Source: an uncultured Thermococci archaeon
Lineage (GTDB): Archaea; Methanobacteriota_B; Thermococci; Thermococcales; Thermococcaceae
Length of the DNA stretch: 63,100 bases
Direction of reading: 5' to 3'
Assembly: GCA_964487115.1 (NCBI GenBank)
Contig: CAZAPD010000071.1
Location: 1 to 63,100 of the forward strand
This document shows positions 63,056 through 63,100 of this stretch, one piece after another. Position numbers and translations under genes: made by a program. The notes under the pieces are model-generated. The model worked only from the letters and a program-made list of their open reading frames with translations, searched no databases and was not told the DNA's origin. How positions within the stretch are numbered: the stretch's first letter is position 1; every line of letters starts with the position of its first letter.

Positions 63056-63100
63056 TCTTCTGAAAATCCGAAACGAAGACACGGAGTTTTTCTCCGTTTC

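Overview
Core-genome segment of a Thermococcales archaeon (Thermococcus/Palaeococcus-like). It carries the rpoH-rpoB-rpoA1-rpoA2-rpl30e-nusA-rps12-rps7 operon, the dtdA-ftsZ-secE-spt5-rpl11-rpl1-rpl10-rpl12 cluster, histone/dnaG/gltX, glucan phosphorylase, PEP carboxykinase, tmk, gcvPA/PB, the rpl37ae-rpoP-Brix-pcc1-pfdB region, six tRNAs and a divergent pair of C/D box sRNAs. The best candidate for an undescribed system is a long KamA-family radical SAM gene with glutamate 2,3-aminomutase-type specificity residues (K/N where lysine aminomutase has D/D). It lies directly upstream of a TAXI-TRAP transporter operon and has a kink-turn hairpin in its 5' leader, suggesting a glutamate uptake / beta-glutamate module. 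Accessory and relic DNA: a VapBC module with a relic of a second vapC, an internally deleted IS200/IS605 (tnpB) element, an MFS pseudogene, an AT-rich GT2/GT-C cassette, GC-rich tracts inside core genes and a variable region at the right end. All calls come from reading motifs by eye and from recalled family knowledge. No searches were run.
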